Part shown: one piece after another, positions 1 through 10,556 of the stretch
How positions within the stretch are numbered: position 1 is the first letter of the stretch
Layout of the letters: each line of letters opens with the position of its first letter
NCBI GenBank assembly: GCA_022813865.1
Contig: JALDZX010000083.1
Coordinates: 45,988-65,987, forward strand
Direction of reading: 5' to 3'
Source: Xylographa opegraphella
Taxonomy: Eukaryota
DNA: 20,000 nucleotides
Notes under the pieces: model-generated
Told to the model about the DNA's origin: nothing
What the model saw: only the letters and a program-made list of their open reading frames with translations
Database searches by the model: none
Made by a program: the position numbers and the translations under genes

Positions 1-1559
1 CGCCATGCGAGCATAAACAGGCCGTCGTATTCACCCTGGCCTGGAGACACGTTATATTGAGATTTGAATAGCCGAAGCAACTCGATGGCGCGTTGTGGTT
101 GTCTCAGGCTGCGGCAATACCCAAGGAGAATGTGTAGAGTTACATTGTTTGGTTGACATCCACGATCGACCATCACTCGAAGCACTATGACCGCCTGAGA
201 ACCCAATCCGTTTTTCCCAAGGATATAGCACATCTGGTTGCCTGATCGAATAGAAATCCAGTCAGTCCCATAGCGCGAGTCCATCAGTGAAACAAATGAT
301 TCGAGATCTTTACCACCAGCAAGGTGATCAGAAAGCTCAACCTCAACGATCTGTCTCACAACAGACCGGAGCATTGCAGCATCTTTCAACATTCCAGCTT
401 CCCTCATAAATCTTACAACCAGCAGCTGTGCGCGCCTGTCCTTGATGGCTTTGAGAAAGACAACCCATGTGTGCCCATTCGGTGACACTCCTCTACGAGT
501 CATGACTTTTAATAAATACGTGAAGCTGTGGAGGTCATTCCTCGTAGCTGCACCACGAAGCATGACATTGAATGTCTCTGTCGAAATGATAACCTGCGTA
601 TCATCCATGATGTTGAACAACTTGCGAGCACTTGAGATGTTGCTATTCTTGTAACAGAAGCTCAAGGCGATATTGAATGCTTCAGTGGTCATGTAAGGTC
701 TTAAAGACTCATCCTCGAAGAGTAGCATAATCGCTGTGTGTACTGCATCTGTATGTGTAGTTTGTTTCCTATACAAATGCCTGTGCATCAAACGTGAGAC
801 CTTGGATTGAGCCAATTTCTTTACGTGAACCGTAAAAGTGGAGCTAGACCATATCTTTGGGCGCGGTATATCCTGTGCACGAATTGGACAGTTTTTTGAG
901 GGGTCCGTAGATATGTTATAGATAACCAACGGAGGTTTGGTAATAGTCGTACCATGAGTTTCATAGTGCTGCTTAAGCTCAAGGAAAGCGAGCCGCCAAT
1001 CGTACGACCAGGATCCAGTATATTTGGTGATGGCAGTCCTAAATTCTTGTATGGCTTCTTTCCTATTTGTGTTTGACTCTATCTTCCGGATATTCGAAGG
1101 TTGCAGCATAAAGCTGTTATGAAAAGACTTTCCACGTGGAGCTGACAGAGCCTCTTCCAGAGTCTTGAAGCCGCCAACATGACGCTCCTTCTCGACTACG
1201 CTTGCTACCGGTAGCGTCCCATAGGTCTTGGAAACAGATATATCGGACTTATCACCAGTAGTACTCTCTTGTAAAGGAATCGTTGTTGATAATGTCCTTA
1301 GCGTGCTATCGTGTAGCCTCGACCCACCCTGAGCTTCTTTGACATCTTGTACTTGCAGTGGTGTTGCCTGAGTCGCTGTGTCCTCCACACGCAACAGGCC
1401 TGTCGAGAGGTGTGCAGTCTGTAAGCAAAAGAGGGCTCTAGCAGCTTGCCCCACAGAGAAACATAGGAACAAACGACGAGAGGTGTCCCTGGGAGTCGCA
1501 AGGAGATAGGTAGTAGCCAGTGATAAGCTCCTGTAGTGTACTCGACGTCCCAGGGACAT
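1..1559 (-). CDS. Pentatricopeptide-repeat (PPR) protein, probably mitochondrial; 3' end lies outside the window
   Basis: Manual translation of the minus strand from ATG 1559 (in-frame TAG two codons upstream) stays open for 519 codons to the window edge; the ORF track misses it because there is no stop. The N-terminus MSLGRRVHYRSLSLATTYLLATPRDTSRRLF is R/S/L-rich and acid-poor, like a presequence. PPR-like repeats: TEAFNIALSFCYKNSNISSARKLFNIMDDTQVIIS / TETFNVMLRGAATRNDLHSFTYLLKVMTRRGVSPN / GHTWVVFLKAI, and later QAVIVLRVMVDRGCQPNNVTLHILLGYC. Confidence 0.85.
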   Translation of the reverse strand, partial: MSLGRRVHYRSLSLATTYLLATPRDTSRRLFLCFSVGQAARALFCLQTAHLSTGLLRVEDTATQATPLQVQDVKEAQGGSRLHDSTLRTLSTTIPLQESTTGDKSDISVSKTYGTLPVASVVEKERHVGGFKTLEEALSAPRGKSFHNSFMLQPSNIRKIESNTNRKEAIQEFRTAITKYTGSWSYDWRLAFLELKQHYETHGTTITKPPLVIYNISTDPSKNCPIRAQDIPRPKIWSSSTFTVHVKKLAQSKVSRLMHRHLYRKQTTHTDAVHTAIMLLFEDESLRPYMTTEAFNIALSFCYKNSNISSARKLFNIMDDTQVIISTETFNVMLRGAATRNDLHSFTYLLKVMTRRGVSPNGHTWVVFLKAIKDRRAQLLVVRFMREAGMLKDAAMLRSVVRQIVEVELSDHLAGGKDLESFVSLMDSRYGTDWISIRSGNQMCYILGKNGLGSQAVIVLRVMVDRGCQPNNVTLHILLGYCRSLRQPQRAIELLRLFKSQYNVSPGQGEYDGLFMLAW

Positions 1560-1876
1560 GTGCTACGTCAATTGCATCCTGGAGTTGAGCATAAGGAAGA
1601 TGGTTATTTGGTTTGGGGAGAAACAGAATTTCGTGTTTGCGGTCAGCCCTACGGCACGGTCGGTCTTCCCGAGGACGATCTTTCCCTGCAACGGTTACGT
1701 TAGGCTTCTCGAGCACGCGTTGCTGGAATTCACCACCTATGATAGCTTCAGAACACAGCAGTCACCGCACAAAGAGATAGTGACTAGACAGTCGGGCATA
1801 CTCAGCCAGAATTCGGGTCCCAACTGCTGCTCCTTTGATATCATAGGCTGCAACCTTACCCAGCTCATTTTCCAAA

Positions 1877-2910
1877 ATGTCAGGTCTGTAATTATCGCTC
1901 TTAATGGCCGGCCGTACCGGGCTAATGAAGCACTTGAAAATAGGGAGTGCGGGCTATGATCGACACATAACTATATTCTCTGACCAGGGAAGGTTATATC
2001 AAGTCGGTTCGTCCCCACCGAATCTGTGAACCGTTGCGCTTCACATGGACTCTGCTCCTTCTTGGCTATGAAGATGCAGCAGCTAAATACTAGTACTTGC
2101 CAGAATATGCATTTAAGGCTATTACCGCCGCGAATATCATGTCAGTCGGTGTCAGAGGGAAGGATTGTGCCGTGGTGCTGTCCCAAAAGAAGGTCCCCGT
2201 AAGCCAGCCTGTTATCCATTCGAATATTCTCCAGTGACTGATGCCCAGCTGCTTAGGACAAACTGATCGACCCATCATCTGTCTCTCATATATTCAAATT
2301 ATCGCCCTCGGTGGGTTGTGTTATGACTGGATCGATCGCGGATGCGCGAGCGTCTGTCAACCGGGCACGAGGCGAGGCAGCGGAATTCAGGTACAAGAAC
2401 GGATACGAGATGCCATGCGACGTGTTAGCCAAACGACTAGCCAATATCAATCAAGTATACACACAAAGAGTGCGTATCCACAGCTGAGCGTCGGACGTTG
2501 GACGACATTGCTGACGGACACAGGCCTACATGCGGCCTCTTGGCGTAGCAACAACTCTGATCTCCATGGACTCTGAGTACGGACCTCAGCTCTACAAGTG
2601 CGATCCTGCAGGCTACTACGTCGGATACAAAGCGACGGCATCGGGACCGAAACAACAGGAGGCTCTCAACCACCTGGAAAAGAAGCTGAAGAACAAGGAT
2701 TGTGCAGAAGGGACATGGGAGGATGTGGTCGAGTTGGGAATATCAACGTTGAGTACCGTGCTCAGCGTTGATTTCAAGAAGGGCGAATTGGAGGTCGGCA
2801 TCGTCGGGGGCCCAGCGGTGGGCGGGCGGGAGGGCACGGATCTGGCGTTCAGGGCGCTGAGCGAGGAGGAAATCGAGGAGCGATTACAGGCAATCAGTGA
2901 GAAGGACTGA
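1877..2910 (+). CDS. SCL1: 20S proteasome subunit alpha-1 (PSMA6/Scl1 orthologue), 5 exons
   Basis: Exons 1877-1883, 1944-2006, 2104-2198, 2257-2469 and 2524-2910, all with GT..AG introns. Spliced protein [30 protein letters not shown]...[20 protein letters not shown]...[40 protein letters not shown]...[20 protein letters not shown]...[12 protein letters not shown] carries the alpha-subunit N-terminal signature and alpha-1-specific motifs. Confidence 0.97.
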
Positions 2911-3925
2911 GGGAACGTCGGAGGTGGCTGATGCCCGGTCCGCGTGGGAGTCGGGCTAGTGATGGGAGGAGAGTCAAGCAAGAGATCTCAGTACGCAGAG
3001 CAAGGATCTTTTGATAATTCTCGAACGTGAGCTACTTGCACGAATTGGGAGGTACTGACGTCAGCCAGACTTGACAGTGCACTCATGAGTTCCCATTAGC
3101 AGTCAATCAGAAGACCCGAGTCCTGACCGCCTGTGTACCTGCGTTGCTTGCTTTTGGAGCCTCATGAGTTGTGATTTGCCGATGCCCGTCTGCACAGCCA
3201 ACCGTGGCTTAGGACGCACCCTGCGCAACTCGTACCGAGATGCATTAGCGTGCCTGTGTTTCCGTTGACGTGCCCATTCGCTGGAGCAGGAGAGCGGAGC
3301 AACTTTACTACGGGTGAGCCAGTTGGACCCAGCGATCTGGGATACTAACTTTAGGACTTCTGGCATGCAGAACCGGCGCAATGCTGGGGGACGATGGGCA
3401 TGCAAGCGTGCAAGAGCGTTTGGTGTTGTCGGTCGACGACTCTTTCAGCTGCCGCTCGCCGCATGATTGGCCAGAGGCGTTTAAGCTCATCAGGTGCCAC
3501 GTTCCGGATGCGCCCTTGCCCGCTTACGGCTAGTGCCCTCGCACTATGGCGCCAAGCTGAAGCCTTCGTTTCGGCTGAACGTGCCCCGGCAACACCCTTC
3601 ACGAGCGTGCTCTCTTGCAAGCTCCAGCTCGAATGTACTCGATGCATCTGACTTTCACGCTTCTCGGATCGAGCTCTGGCAGTCATGACAATCGTTTCCA
3701 TCCTGTGTTTGAAGAGCGAGCACCGGTTCGATGTGGGTGCCTTCAGCAAGCCACCGGAGTCTAAGGAGCTGTTCGCCAACCGGCACTCGGGCATGGGTCA
3801 CCTCATGCTTTCGAACAGCATTTATAAGGAACCATGTTGGGACCTTTGACATCCGACAAACACCGGCTATCAGACTCTTTCCCACCGCCGCAAAGCAAAA
3901 CCTCGTAGCTTTCCGAATTGTAGCA

Positions 3926-4646
3926 ATGGCAGACGGACGTAAGCAATCTTTCACAATCCTCACGGCCGACGACAACTGCGTGGTGGCTGGACTGACTCGC
4001 TGTGATAGTCAACGATGCACGGGCGATGCGAGTGGCGGAGGTGATGAACGACTTTCGAACAATCCAGCACCGCATACAGCAGTATCGGGTCAATCCTCCT
4101 CAGGGACAGCAGCAATTGACCGGATATGCGGTCTTACGACAGTGTCACGCTGAGGCCCAAGGTCTTTTGTCCGCCAACTTCAATGCTGGTTCAGCACAGA
4201 GCTCTGGTGGCTCTCCTGAGACATTGAAACGTCAGCTTCAGCGGTCAGCAGACAGCTTTTTTGTTGAATGATCACGATTCGAGTATACTGATAGCTCTCA
4301 GAATCTTGATCGATGCGAGTGCCCGTCGATTTCGAGTTCAAAGAGTCTATCTACGAGCTGTGGCAGCTATGCGCTGGGTTCAAGCTCGCAACCAGGCACT
4401 TCAAGGACAGCAGCCGCATGCGGGCCATGCGGCTGCATTGCAGAGGGTCGACCACGCGTTGGCAGCTGTCAGTGCATTCCATGTATTTCTTGGCAATACA
4501 CTAAACATTATTTTCAGGAGCTCGCCACCATTACCGATGACAGGATCGTCAACGAACTCCGCCAGAAAGATTGGTCTGCCGGTCATTACTTGGCTGAGGA
4601 CCCTTCTCTCGCGACCTTGCAAAGCTGGATTCGATCGCAGCACTAG
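3926..4646 (+). CDS. Hypothetical protein, about 180 aa, predicted mostly alpha-helical, 4 exons
   Basis: Exons 3926-3938, 4009-4243, 4302-4467 and 4518-4646 (donors GTAAGC, GTCAGC, GTCAGT; branch-like CTGAC, CTGAT, CTAAA; acceptors TAG, CAG, CAG) splice into one 543-nt frame: MADGLNDARAMRVAEVMNDFRTIQHRIQQYR...GYAVLRQCHAEAQGLL...LKRQLQRILIDASARRFRVQRVYLRAVAAMRWVQARNQAL...ELATITDDRIVNELRQKDWSAGHYLAEDPSLATLQSWIRSQH*. TATAAG lies about 100 nt upstream (3823). Confidence 0.85.
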
Positions 4647-4678
4647 ATGTGCAAAATTTTGAGACTTACTATCAGCGC

Positions 4679-4691
4679 TTTTTTTTTTTTT
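4679..4691 (+). repeat. T13 homopolymer downstream of the 180-aa gene
   Basis: Directly visible run of 13 T, 32 nt after the stop codon. Confidence 0.9.
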
Positions 4692-5133
4692 GGTTGCACT
4701 ATTTCTGGGCATAGCGAGGGATATCATGCGGGGCTTATTTCACGAAGGTCTTTGGAAAATGTAGGGTAAGCATAGGAAAGGGATGAACGGCATGGCGTTC
4801 TTTATTCTGGTCTGTCATCTAATGTTTGGTCTCTTGTATGGCAGGCCCAGCAAAGCTTGTGTGGACGGTAATTGTATGGGATATGTTGGCTCCATTGTGT
4901 TATGGCATCAGCCTACCACGTTCATATGTGGGGCAAAAGGCGAACTTGTGCGGCTCATGGTTCCAATTCAGAAGGTATTGACTGCCATGGTTGAATGGAA
5001 TAGCATCTGAGTTCAATTTCAGCTCTTTGTACATGGAGATCGTCATTGTTAGTATATACTGATTTACGATTTGCATGCATGCGAATGGTTCCATTGGGTA
5101 GAGTTGACTTCACTGCCCCTACAGTATGGGTAA

Positions 5134-5722
5134 TCAGTTCTCATGATCTCCATCTAGCACCTTCTTTATGAAGCCATCAGAGAACCTGACCAACTGCTCA
5201 TACGCGACTTCGAAGCCCCAGAGCTCACCATACCACGGGTCGATAATCTCTTCCCCCTTTTCCCCTCCATAGTCACCGAACAAGACTACATGGGCCAACT
5301 TTTCAGTGTCACCCCCGGCAGCCAGGCGCTGCCGCAGCACCTGCAAATCACGCAAGTTGCTTCTATCCATGGCAAGAACGTAATCAAAGCGATTGAAGTC
5401 CGACTTCTTGACCTTGCGAGCTACATGAGAATAATCCACGATCCCGTTCTCTTTCAGAACCGCCATGGTCCGCTCATCGGGACCGTTGCCAACGTTGTAG
5501 CTCTCGGTGCCAGCAGAGTCTACCAGCTTGATGCGTGGATCTGAGGAGGTCCGATGACGGAATACCGCTTCGCCCATGGGGGATCGACCTGAACATGATT
5601 GGTCAGGGGAACGAGGTAGTTGGACCTGGCCCAGGAGTCTTGCGAAGCTCACAGATATTGCCAAGACACACAAAAAGCACGGAGATGGGTGGCCGAGTGG
5701 TTGGAGGCTGGGTCGCGGCCAT
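5134..5722 (-). CDS. LTP1: Low-molecular-weight phosphotyrosine protein phosphatase (LMWPc family), 2 exons, about 174 aa
   Basis: Exon 1 5722-5653, intron 5652-5589 (GTGAGC..CAG), exon 2 5588-5134. Splicing restores the P-loop VLFVCLGNICRSPMGEAVF (CX5R). Also present: DSAGT, FDYVLAMDRSNLRDL and the general-acid loop IIDPWYG. Confidence 0.95.
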
Positions 5723-5870
5723 CTTTAGACACTAAGAGGGGGGGAGGCTTCGATGATGGCCGTGGGGGGGGATAGAACAGGTGCGAACAGGTCACCAAGG
5801 GGACGTTTCGGTAGGATTCCGCGGGCCGTAAGTTAAGTTTTGAGGTAAGTTACACCGTACCAGGGTCACC

Positions 5871-5904
5871 ACGCGTCCTTAGCGGGGCGCAGTAGCCAAT
5901 CAGG
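5871..5904. promoter_or_regulatory. CCAAT box and MCB-like site in the divergent LTP1/chitin synthase intergenic region
   Basis: AGCCAATCAG (CCAAT at 5896-5900) fits the HAP/NF-Y consensus well; ACGCGT at 5871-5876. Motif match only. Confidence 0.35.
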
Positions 5905-6376
5905 AGCGTGTTATTTATGGCTCCGTGATCAGCCGCAAGGACACGACTCGTGGCAGCGTGTAAGGCATATTTCACGCCGCAAGTGCCTGCGGAGAGTCGT
6001 TGTGAAGCTGCAATACTTACAGGAAAACAATCTGGGGAAGCTTCTTTCATTTTTCTTCACCTGCGCTGCAAGTTCAGCTGGCGATTGAAGAGTATCTATA
6101 GCAGCCGATGTCGTATTTGTGACACATAGTGCGCCCGACCGCAAAGACCGCCTATCCACATCGGGGGCCTCCTCTATTGATCTCAGACCGTCGGGGCAAC
6201 TCTGAAACGCCATTTGCGAGTCCTTCGACTTCTGATCAGAAAGCCGAAACCTCGAGTGTCTCTGTGCAGTGTCCAGTGTGCAGATCTCTTGGATATCGAA
6301 TTTGCCAAGAAGTCCAGCATTCCACAGTGCTCTGCTGTAAACAGCCCGGCACGAGGGAGGGTTCGCGATTCCCGCG

Positions 6377-9300
6377 ATGGCATACAATCGACTAGGTATG
6401 TTCTCTAATGCTCAAATCTCCTTCCACGTATCGATAATGTTTCCTTGCGCGTGAGGACTATCATTCACGCTGTGTACTTTACCTACAATAAGGGACAGTT
6501 CACGACTGACACATTCTCTCTCCAGGTCACCCGGATTATCAGGGTGAAGAAGATGAATTCGCATCACCCACGATGCATCCCCACACAGGTCGAACACCTT
6601 CTCCTGGACAACCCCTGGCAGGTTACCAGCTAGAAGATGGCCCTTACAGACCACAACAAGCACCCCTACAAATACCTATGGGACCGCCAGGACACATGGC
6701 TTCGAGCGACAGGCTTGCAGCGCAACCCACATACTCCGTTGAAAATATCAACAACTCATATGGACACAACCAGGCCTACAATCAACAAATTTACAACATG
6801 CCGGGAACGCAATACAACTATCCTCCTACCGACTATGCGATCTCTCCTGAAGACCACCACGACGCCTACTACCAACGGCCCTACCAACCCTCTCCACTGA
6901 ATGACCCCGAAGCAGATCCATATGCACCGCATGAGCAACAGCAGCCATACTATGACGAGAATGACCATGTCCCTATCCTGGGGCCTGAGAATCCCTATGG
7001 CCCAGATCCTCAAACACCTGGGGAATATGATGGACAGTACGAAGCTCCCCATCCAATCCCCACCCCAAACCCGAAACCATTAAGGAGGTGGAAGACTGTC
7101 AAGGAGGTACAACTATTCAACGGAAACTTGGTTCTTGATTGCCCAATTCCCCCAAAGCTTTTGAACCAAGTTCCTCACGCCATGCCTCCAGACAGAGATG
7201 AGTTCACCCATATGCGCTATTCTGCTGCGACTTGCGATCCATCAGAGTTCTACGATGATCGATTTACTTTGCGCCAGAGGCTTTTCGCGAAACCGAGGCA
7301 TACGGAGCTTTTCATTGTCGTAACAATGTATAACGAGGACGAATTCTTGTTCGCGCGTACGATGATCGGTGTCTTCAAGAATATTGAGCACATGTGTTCG
7401 AGGACGAACAGTAAAACCTGGGGCAAGGAGGCGTGGAAGAAAATTGTGGTCTGCGTTGTTAGCGACGGGCGTGCCAAAATCAATCCAAGAACGAGAGCTG
7501 TGATAGCAGGTCTGGGTGTCTATCAGGATGGTATTGCTAAGCAGCAAGTCAACGGGAAAGACGTCACTGCACACATCTACGAGTACACCACTCAAGTAGG
7601 GATGGAGCTGAAGGGCAAAATGGTCCACTTGAAACCGAAGGGTGCTACTCCGGTGCAGATGATTTTCTGTCTCAAAGAGAAAAATCAAAAGAAGATCAAT
7701 TCACATCGCTGGTTCTTCCAGGCATTCGGGCGAGTATTGGATCCGAACATTTGTGTGCTCATCGACGCTGGTACGAAGCCTGGGAAGGACTCCATATATC
7801 ATCTCTGGAAAGCATTCGATCTAGAACCCATGTGTGGAGGTGCTTGTGGGGAAATCAAGGTGATGTTGTCTGCTGGAAGAAAACTCATCAATCCATTAGT
7901 TGCGACACAGAATTTTGAGTATAAAATGAGTAACATTCTTGACAAACCTTTGGAATCTGCTTTTGGATTTATCTCCGTGCTACCCGGTGCTTTCTCCGCA
8001 TATCGCTACGTGGCTTTGCAAAACGACAAAACAGGTCAAGGACCATTGGAGAAGTACTTTGCCGGGGAGAAGCTGCATGGTGCTAATGCTGGAATTTTCA
8101 CTGCAAATATGTACCTTGCCGAGGATCGGATTCTCTGTTTTGAACTAGTGTCGAAAAGAAATTGCCGTTGGATATTACAATATGTAAAATCCTCGACCGG
8201 AGAGACTGATGTTCCAGACACAATGACGGAATTTATTCTGCAGCGACGAAGATGGTTGAACGGCAGTTTCTTTGCCGCTGTATATGCTATAGCGCACTTT
8301 TATCAGATCGGGCGAAGCGACCATAGTTTCGGGAGGAAATTGATGCTCTTCATCGAGTTCACATACCAGACCATCAATATGATTTTTGCATGGTTTGCTG
8401 TTGTAAGTATCACTTGTTTCGAGCTGTACCGCTTTTCTGACCTCCCTAGGGCAATTTCTTTCTCGTATTCCATATATTGACGCAATCCCTCGGAGACTCA
8501 GATCTACTCGGAACCGCTGGAACTATTCTGGGTGTCATTTTCGAATGGCTATACCTTGCTACGCTCATGACTTGTTTTGTGCTCGCACTTGGTAACCGGC
8601 CACAAGGTTCCAACAAGTTTTATATGTCCATGGTCTATTTCTGGGTCATCATCATGATCTACCTTATCTTCGCCTCCATTTTTATCACCGTCAAATCCAT
8701 TCAGATCCAACTCGCTGAGAAATCGTTCAGCATCAACGAATTATTTACCAATTCGCTGTTCTCAACTCTGATAGTATCACTTGCCTCTACTTATGTCCTC
8801 TGGTTTGTCGCTTCTATTTTGTTCTTCGATCCATGGCATATGTTCCACTCCGTAAGTCTACTTTTGCAAAACCGAGACTGTTATACAGACTGACTCATTC
8901 GTGTAGTTCATCCAATATCTGCTGCTGACACCTACATATATCAACATTCTCAATGTGTACGCTTTCTGCAATACTCATGACATAACATGGGGTACCAAAG
9001 GAGATGATAAAGCAGAGAAATTGCCATCTGCAAACCTCAAGCCCGGTGGAAAAGTTGAGGTCAACATACCGCAGGACGACGGCGACTTGAATGATCAGTA
9101 CGATGCGGAAATGAAGATGATATCAGTCAAGGCACCGAAGGAGACGAAGAGTATATCCGCCTCCGAAAAGCAAGAGGATTATTACAAGGGTTTCAGGAGT
9201 GCGGTTGTGCTAGTGTGGATGTTCTCCAACCTCGCTCTCTCGGCAGTAGTGCTGAGTACAGCGGGCACGGGCGGAACTTATGTTGGCGTCAGCGACCCGA

Positions 9301-9544
9301 ACGCCACGGCGAGGGCTACGATCTACATGGCCGTGGTGTTGTGGAGCGTGGCTGCTCTTTCGTTCTTCCGCTTCACGGGAGCGATGTGGTTCCTGGTCGT
9401 GCGTTTGGTAAGTCCCTCCTCCATCCCCTGCTCTCGACTGCACCCCCCCCCCCCCCACTTCCCCTGCCCCGCTGCATTCGGCCCATCTCCGCTTCGTGCG
9501 ATGCATTTTGCTGACCGTCTGCCATCCAGTTCCGAGGCGTTTGA
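6377..9544 (+). CDS. Chitin synthase, class I (division 1; ChsC-like), 5 exons, about 937 aa
   Basis: Exons 6377-6395, 6526-8402, 8450-8851, 8907-9407 and 9530-9544. GT2 chitin-synthase motifs [47 protein letters not shown] and [13 protein letters not shown], followed by a multi-pass membrane C-terminus. The N-terminus MAYNRLG...[14 protein letters not shown]...[16 protein letters not shown] and the end VVRLFRGV* match class I enzymes as I recall them; class assignment is less certain than family. Confidence 0.96.
9443..9456 (+). repeat. C14 homopolymer in chitin synthase intron 4
   Basis: Directly visible run of 14 C within a C-tract-rich intron. Confidence 0.9.
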
Positions 9545-10556
9545 TCTTTTTGTATAAGCACTGTATATTTCACGACCCGAGTGTTGTTTTCGCCCGGCCC
9601 TGGGCCATACCCTGCATGCATGGGCGTCCCGCGCGGCGTAGGCGCTGCTGCTCTAGACAATTATTTCGTTTCCCGTCCTTCTGCTTTCAAATATCTGTGT
9701 CCTGTCACGGTGTCTTCGTTGATGAGCGCGGCTGGTGTCCACTGCCTCGCACTTCCGCTTGCCTCATAACCCGTCGCTAGCTAACTACAGCGCCCTCTCC
9801 CATCCCCATTTCCTTTCTGCAGCGGTTTCTCCGCCCCTACTTTGTCCTGCACAGTCGTCAGCGCAGAGGTTATCCCCCCTCGGTTCCGTTGCCGCCCGCT
9901 CCGGAGCTATCATCCCCTGCGCCGTCCACCGGAAAGCGAGGAGGGAGTGAAACCGGATTGATGGTTCCACCCTTGAATCCTCTTGCAATTAACGATGTTA
10001 GGGTATGTTGAGACGTCGGCCTTGGGGCTTGGAGTCAGTGGCGTTCGGTCTTCGGGTTTCCCAAGCCGGGGTGCGTTTTGTGTGCGCACGTTCATGGCTC
10101 CTTTGTTACCTTTGGCTCCTTTTTTCTTTTAAGGTAGTGATGGCTTAGGTGGTACTTTGGAGCTGCGCTACTAGGCGTCGTTTAGCGCACCCGCTTGGCT
10201 CTGTGGTAGGATCGCATGGGGGCTTTGTCTTTTCTTTTCTTTTCTTCTTGACGGGCTGTGCTTGAAACGAGCGCTGGGCTGGGGGTGGGTTGCGGGTGGC
10301 GAGTGTGGTGGGTTTGTGGGGGGAAGGGTGATGAGACGAGGGGAGCCGGGTTGGAGGAGAGGGAGGAATGATCGGGCGGCGAGGGTGGGTGCGCTCGAGC
10401 AGAATCTGGGGCAACGTGCTCTAATTTGGAAGACGTGTTCTCAATTAACGTGTAGCTTATGTTTTATAGGCTATAACAAAATGTCCCGGTTCATCAAAAC
10501 CGGAACCCTACTTGTTCGCCGACAACGGTTGAGTTGGAAACCCTGCACAATAGCGA

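Noticed and set aside
1558..1959. 133-aa plus-strand ORF spanning the PPR/SCL1 intergenic region
   Set aside because: It covers the bidirectional promoter and SCL1 exon 1/intron 1, and has no recognisable protein features.
3103..3975. Several overlapping 60-147 aa ORFs on both strands
   Set aside because: No recognisable motifs and no consistent splice pattern joining them; the region is better explained as SCL1 3' UTR plus the promoter of the next gene.
6013..6023. ATACTTACAGG resembling the 5' end of U1 snRNA (ATACTTACCTGG)
   Set aside because: The match is only 8 nt, and no U1 stem-loops or Sm site follow.
9781..9790. CTAACTACAG as an alternative 3' splice site giving chitin synthase a different C-terminus
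   Set aside because: Branch-to-AG spacing is very short, the resulting peptide is unremarkable, and the proximal acceptor already yields the expected FRGV* end. A 3' UTR intron cannot be excluded.
9997..10004. GTTAGGGT telomere-repeat-like 8-mer (possible telomerase RNA template on the minus strand)
   Set aside because: A single short match is expected by chance, and the roughly 1-kb intergenic gap is too small for a typical filamentous-fungal telomerase RNA.
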